NCBI RefSeq assembly: GCF_002113885.1
Contig: NW_018405506.1
Span: forward strand, 167,441 to 231,440
Reading direction: 5' to 3'
Origin: Mizuhopecten yessoensis
Lineage: Eukaryota
Length of the DNA: 64,000 bases
The translations under genes were made by a program, and so were the position numbers. The notes beneath the pieces were generated by a model. The model was not told the DNA's origin. It saw nothing but the letters and a program-made list of their open reading frames with translations, and did not search any database. Each line of letters opens with the position of its first letter. Within the stretch, counting starts at the first letter, position 1. This document shows, piece by piece, positions 60,701 through 64,000 of the stretch.

Positions 60701-63493
60701 TAGGGCTTGTAGAATTTAAAAAAAAAGCAAGACATGTACCTGATTCACTTAGTAGTATAGTGAAAGAATTCTGGATACTATAAAAGATGATGTAGGTTTT
60801 AATGAAAAATGTTAACATGTTTTTAGCCAACCATCATCAGATGGTGGGCTATTCAAATCACCCAGCATCCGCTGTCCGTGTGTGTCCGTCATTCCTTCCT
60901 TAAACAGTTCTTGTTAACGCTATTTCTCAGAAAGTACTGGAGGGATCCTTCTCAAATTTCATATGAAAGTTCCCCACGGTCCCTAGTTATGCATATCGTT
61001 TTTTGGGACTAACAGCAAAACCAAGATGGCCGACAGTCAGTCATCTTTGTTTTGAGAGTTTAAGTTTGTTAGTGCTATTTCTCAAAAAGTGCTGGAGTGA
61101 TCCTTCTCAAATTTCACATGTAAGTTCCCCATGGTCCCTAGTTATGCATATCGTTTTTTGGGACTGATAACAAAACCAAGATGGTGGATAGCCAGCCATC
61201 TTTAATTTGAGAATGAAAGTTTGTTAGCGCTATTTCTCAGAAAGAACGGGAGGGATCCTTCTCAGATTTCACATGAAGGTTCCCTATGGTCCTTAGTTAT
61301 GCATATCTTTTTTTGGGACTAACAACAAACCAAGATGGCCGACAGCTAGCAATCTTTAATTTGAGAGTTGAAGTTTGTTAGCGCTATTTCTCAGAAAGTA
61401 CTGGAGGGATCCTTTTCAAATTTCACATGAGGTTCCCCATGGTCCCTAGTTATGCATTTCAAATTTTGGTTATGATTGGTTGTGCATGTTAGCTTTTGGG
61501 GTTGATCAAAAGACTGATTAGGATGGCGGACAGGAAACTGAGCGAACAAATCAGAGAAAAGACGAAAAAAGATAAAATTAACATAGAAATATAAAGAGAA
61601 AAAAGGGGAAAAGATCAAATTGACATAGAACTAATGAAGATGTTATGATGGTGGGTGCCAAGTTCCCTCTGAGGTATCTTGTTTACATTTGAGTATGGGA
61701 CATTATGTTACTTCTCAAGTGGACTTTCACAGATCAAACTTCCTGGTGCACTTGGTGAATGTTTAACATTGTGGAGAACCAGAATGATGTCAATGATCAT
61801 ATATATGTGTATATATACAAATATACCAAGGGCTTCCTTGTGATTATCCTTGACATGTCAGTATTGGGGATCAGTATCAAATAATGTCTCCCTGTTGTAT
61901 GTGTAATCTGTACAAATAATGTCTCCCTGTTGTATGTGAAATCTGTACAAATCATGTTTCCCTGTTGTATGTGTAATCTGTTCAAATCATGTCTTCCTGT
62001 TGTATGTGTAATCTGTACAAATAAAGTCTCCCTGTTGTATGTGTAATCTGTACAAATCATGTCTCCCTGTTGTATGTGTCATCTGTACAAATCATGTCTC
62101 CCTGTTGTATGTGTAATCTGTACAAATAATGTCTCCCTGTTGTATGTGTAATCTGTACAAATCATGTCTTCCTGTTGTATATGTAATCTGTACAAATCAT
62201 GTTTCCCTGTTGTATGTGTAATCTGTTCAAATCATGTCTTCCTGTTGTATGTGTAATCTGTACAAATGATGTCTTCCTGTTGTATGTGTAATCTGTACAA
62301 ATCATGCTTCCCTGTTGTATGTGTAATCTGTACAAATCATGTCTCCCTGTTGTATGTGTAATCTGTACAAATCATGTCTCCCTGTTGTATGTGTAATCTG
62401 TACAAATCATGTTTCCCTGTTGTATGTGTAATCTGTACAAATTGTGTTTTCCTGTTGTATGTGTAATCTGTACAAATTATGTCTCCCTGTTGTATGTGTA
62501 ATCTGTACAAATAATGTCTCCCTGTTGTATGTGTAATCTGTACAAATAATGTCTCCCTGTTGTATGGGTAATCTGTACAAATAATGTCTCCCTGTTGTAT
62601 GTGAAATCTGTACAAATCATGTTTTCCTGTTGTATGTGTAATCTGTACAAATTATGTCTCCCTGTTGTATGTGTAATCTGTACAAATAATGTCTCCCTGT
62701 TGTATGTGAAATCTGTACAAATCATGTTTTCCTGTTGTATGTGTAATCTGTACAAATCATGTCTTCCTGTTGTATATGTAATTTGTACAAATCATGTTTC
62801 CCTGTTGTATGTGTAATCTGTACAAATTGTGTTTTCCTGTTGTATGTGTAATCTGTACAAATTATGTCTCCCTGTTGTATGTGTAATCTGTACAAATCAT
62901 GTTTCCCTGTTGTATGTGTAATCTGTACAAATTGTGTTTTCCTGTTGTATGTGTAATCTGTACAAATCATGTCTTCCTGTTGTATGTGTAATCTGTACAA
63001 ATAATGTCTCCCTGTTGTATGTGTAATCTGTACAAATAATGTCTCCCTGTTGTATGTGTAATCTGTACAAATAATGTCTCCCCGTTGTATGTGTACTCTA
63101 TACTAATTGTGTCTTTTGGTTTGTATAATCTTAACAATCATGTCTCTCTGTTATATGTTTAAGCTGTACAAAACCATTCTCCTGTTTCTCACGATACAGA
63201 TGATGGTTTAATGAATGAGTTTACACTTTAGACCAGATCTGTGTTTATTGATAAAAGGAATCTAATTTCTTTTCATCCTAATGCTAGGTTAAAATAAAAA
63301 CTTCTAGATAATTTTCATTATTTCATCATGTTTAACAGGTGTTATATCTATTTTACAGGACCCCTATGATAAGGACGGCTACATCGCCTCCCAGGGTCCC
63401 CTGCCCAACACTGTGAATGATTTCTGGAGAATGATTATGGAGAATAGGGTCAAAGTGGTTATAATGGCCTGTAAACTCATAGAGGGTAACAAG
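57588..63493 (+). CDS. PTPN12: Non-receptor protein tyrosine phosphatase, PTP-PEST (PTPN12/18/22) type, 3'-partial: join(57588..57701,59834..59942,60323..60396,63359..63493)
   Basis: Spliced product MDERAVQLQKNLSKFINHV...FNREYR|DLREI...NLRKNRYKDIIA|YDYSRVKL...SDYINANLIQ|DPYDKDGYIASQGPLPNTVNDFWRMIMENRVKVVIMACKLIEGNK. It has the PTP motifs KNRYKD, DxSRVxL, DYINA, YIAxQGP and TxxDFWRM. The catalytic domain starts at the N-terminus and contains the MAC motif, as in the PEST subfamily. The gene symbol is a subfamily-level call. Confidence 0.9.
57769..58214. repeat. ~225-bp diverged tandem duplication in PTP intron 1
   Basis: cagtgtttgta..tacactacggactg.ggtcagtgtactggacggta...taagacctaga occurs twice. 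Confidence 0.75.
58900..59632 (-). pseudogene. Tc1-family transposase remnant
   Basis: DRHICLCHLRNQ..ISAQTIIRQLAEVGLRP, AWARQHLRWSLQQWQQVLFMDES, NPIKHLCDQ (cf. Tc1 VLFSDES and LNPIEHLWD); stops and frameshifts. Confidence 0.8.
59834..59942 (+). CDS. PTPN12: PTP coding exon 2 (KNRYKD)
   Basis: atttcag acceptor, gtaagt donor, 109 nt, phase 0-1. Confidence 0.92.
60323..60396 (+). CDS. PTPN12: PTP coding exon 3 (DYSRVKL, DYINAN)
   Basis: tgacag acceptor, cag|gtacgt donor, 74 nt, phase 1-0. Confidence 0.93.
60820..61684 (+). mobile_element. HINE-like element with ~3.5 internal 155-bp repeats
   Basis: 5' tttttagccaaccatcatcagatggtgggct (sub-TIR plus inverted copy), gtcc microsatellite, unit starts at 60919/61074/61229/61383, 3' tgatggtggg...cttgttt. 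Confidence 0.75.
61878..63100. repeat. Intronic minisatellite, 35-bp unit (tgtctccctgttgtatgtgtaatctgtacaaatca), ~35 copies
   Basis: Direct tandem array; it explains the ORFs at 61797-63000. Confidence 0.97.
63359..63493 (+). CDS. PTPN12: PTP coding exon 4 (YIASQGP, DFWRM)
   Basis: ttttacag acceptor, aag|gtgagt donor, 135 nt. Confidence 0.93.
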
Positions 63494-63794
63494 GTGAGTC
63501 CACAATAACTTCTTAGTACCTGTTAGCACTAATACTAACAGACCAAGTCATTTGTGAACATTGCAAAAGCCTTATTGTCTTGAAAGATCAATTTATTTTA
63601 CCTTTTCACCACATTCTTCCATTAAAACATTTATGCGAGAGCACAAAATTTCCTCACTGATCCATTTAAAAACAAATATTTGGCTGACCTTTAATAAGAG
63701 GAAAGACAATTTGCTAGTTTTTTTGAGAACACCTATTTTCCTCAGAGGAATTACAATTTAGCTCATTTTTAATAATACGCTTTTGAATTAACTT

Positions 63795-64000
63795 TCCTGA
63801 GAGAGTACACATTTTAATTTAATACATGTACCTGTTGAGAGAAAACACACATTTAATTACCTGACTGAGAGAACATATATTTGATTACCTGACTGAGAAA
63901 ACACACATTTGATTACCTGACTGAGAGAACACACATTTGATTACCTGACTGAGAGAACACACATTTAATTGCCTGACTGAGATAACACACAATCACCTGA
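63795..64000. repeat. ~28-bp minisatellite (catttgattacctgactgagagaacaca) running off the window edge
   Basis: At least 6 tandem copies. Confidence 0.85.

Noticed and set aside
63339-63358. Upstream alternative acceptor (tttaacag) for PTP exon 4
   Set aside because: It adds 20 nt and shifts the frame; only 63359 restores YIASQGP.

Overview
Eukaryotic (animal) genomic DNA, AT-rich and intron-rich, with small N gaps. The repeat content suggests a bivalve mollusc, possibly scallop-like; that taxon call is inference. Two spliced protein-coding genes lie on the + strand, and the ORF track captures them only in fragments. (1) An LRIG-family receptor (LRRs, LRRCT, 3 Ig domains, TM helix, long cytoplasmic tail). 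I traced 16 coding exons from 438 to the TAG at 30811-30813; they total 3343 nt and all join in frame at GT-AG junctions. The 5' end lies upstream of the window. (2) The first four coding exons of a PTP-PEST (PTPN12/18/22)-type tyrosine phosphatase, 57588-63493, continuing past the window. The rest is introns and intergenic DNA with satellites (34, 31, 68, 29, 35 and 28 bp units), Helentron/HINE-like elements, several MITEs, tRNA-derived SINEs, an I/Nimb-like LINE, and Penelope-like RT and Tc1 transposase remnants. The most notable observations are: a 68-bp tandem array that copies an LRIG exon end plus its splice donor 14 times, creating AG/GT-flanked, in-frame 36-nt potential micro-exons; a nested SINE>LINE>(IS3EU-like MITE + HINE fragment) stack with readable target-site duplications; a SINE and a LINE sharing a 42/50-nt 3' tail; and a 66-70 bp TIR element. 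I found no evidence for a CRISPR array or any prokaryote-type system, and I do not claim a wholly new system.
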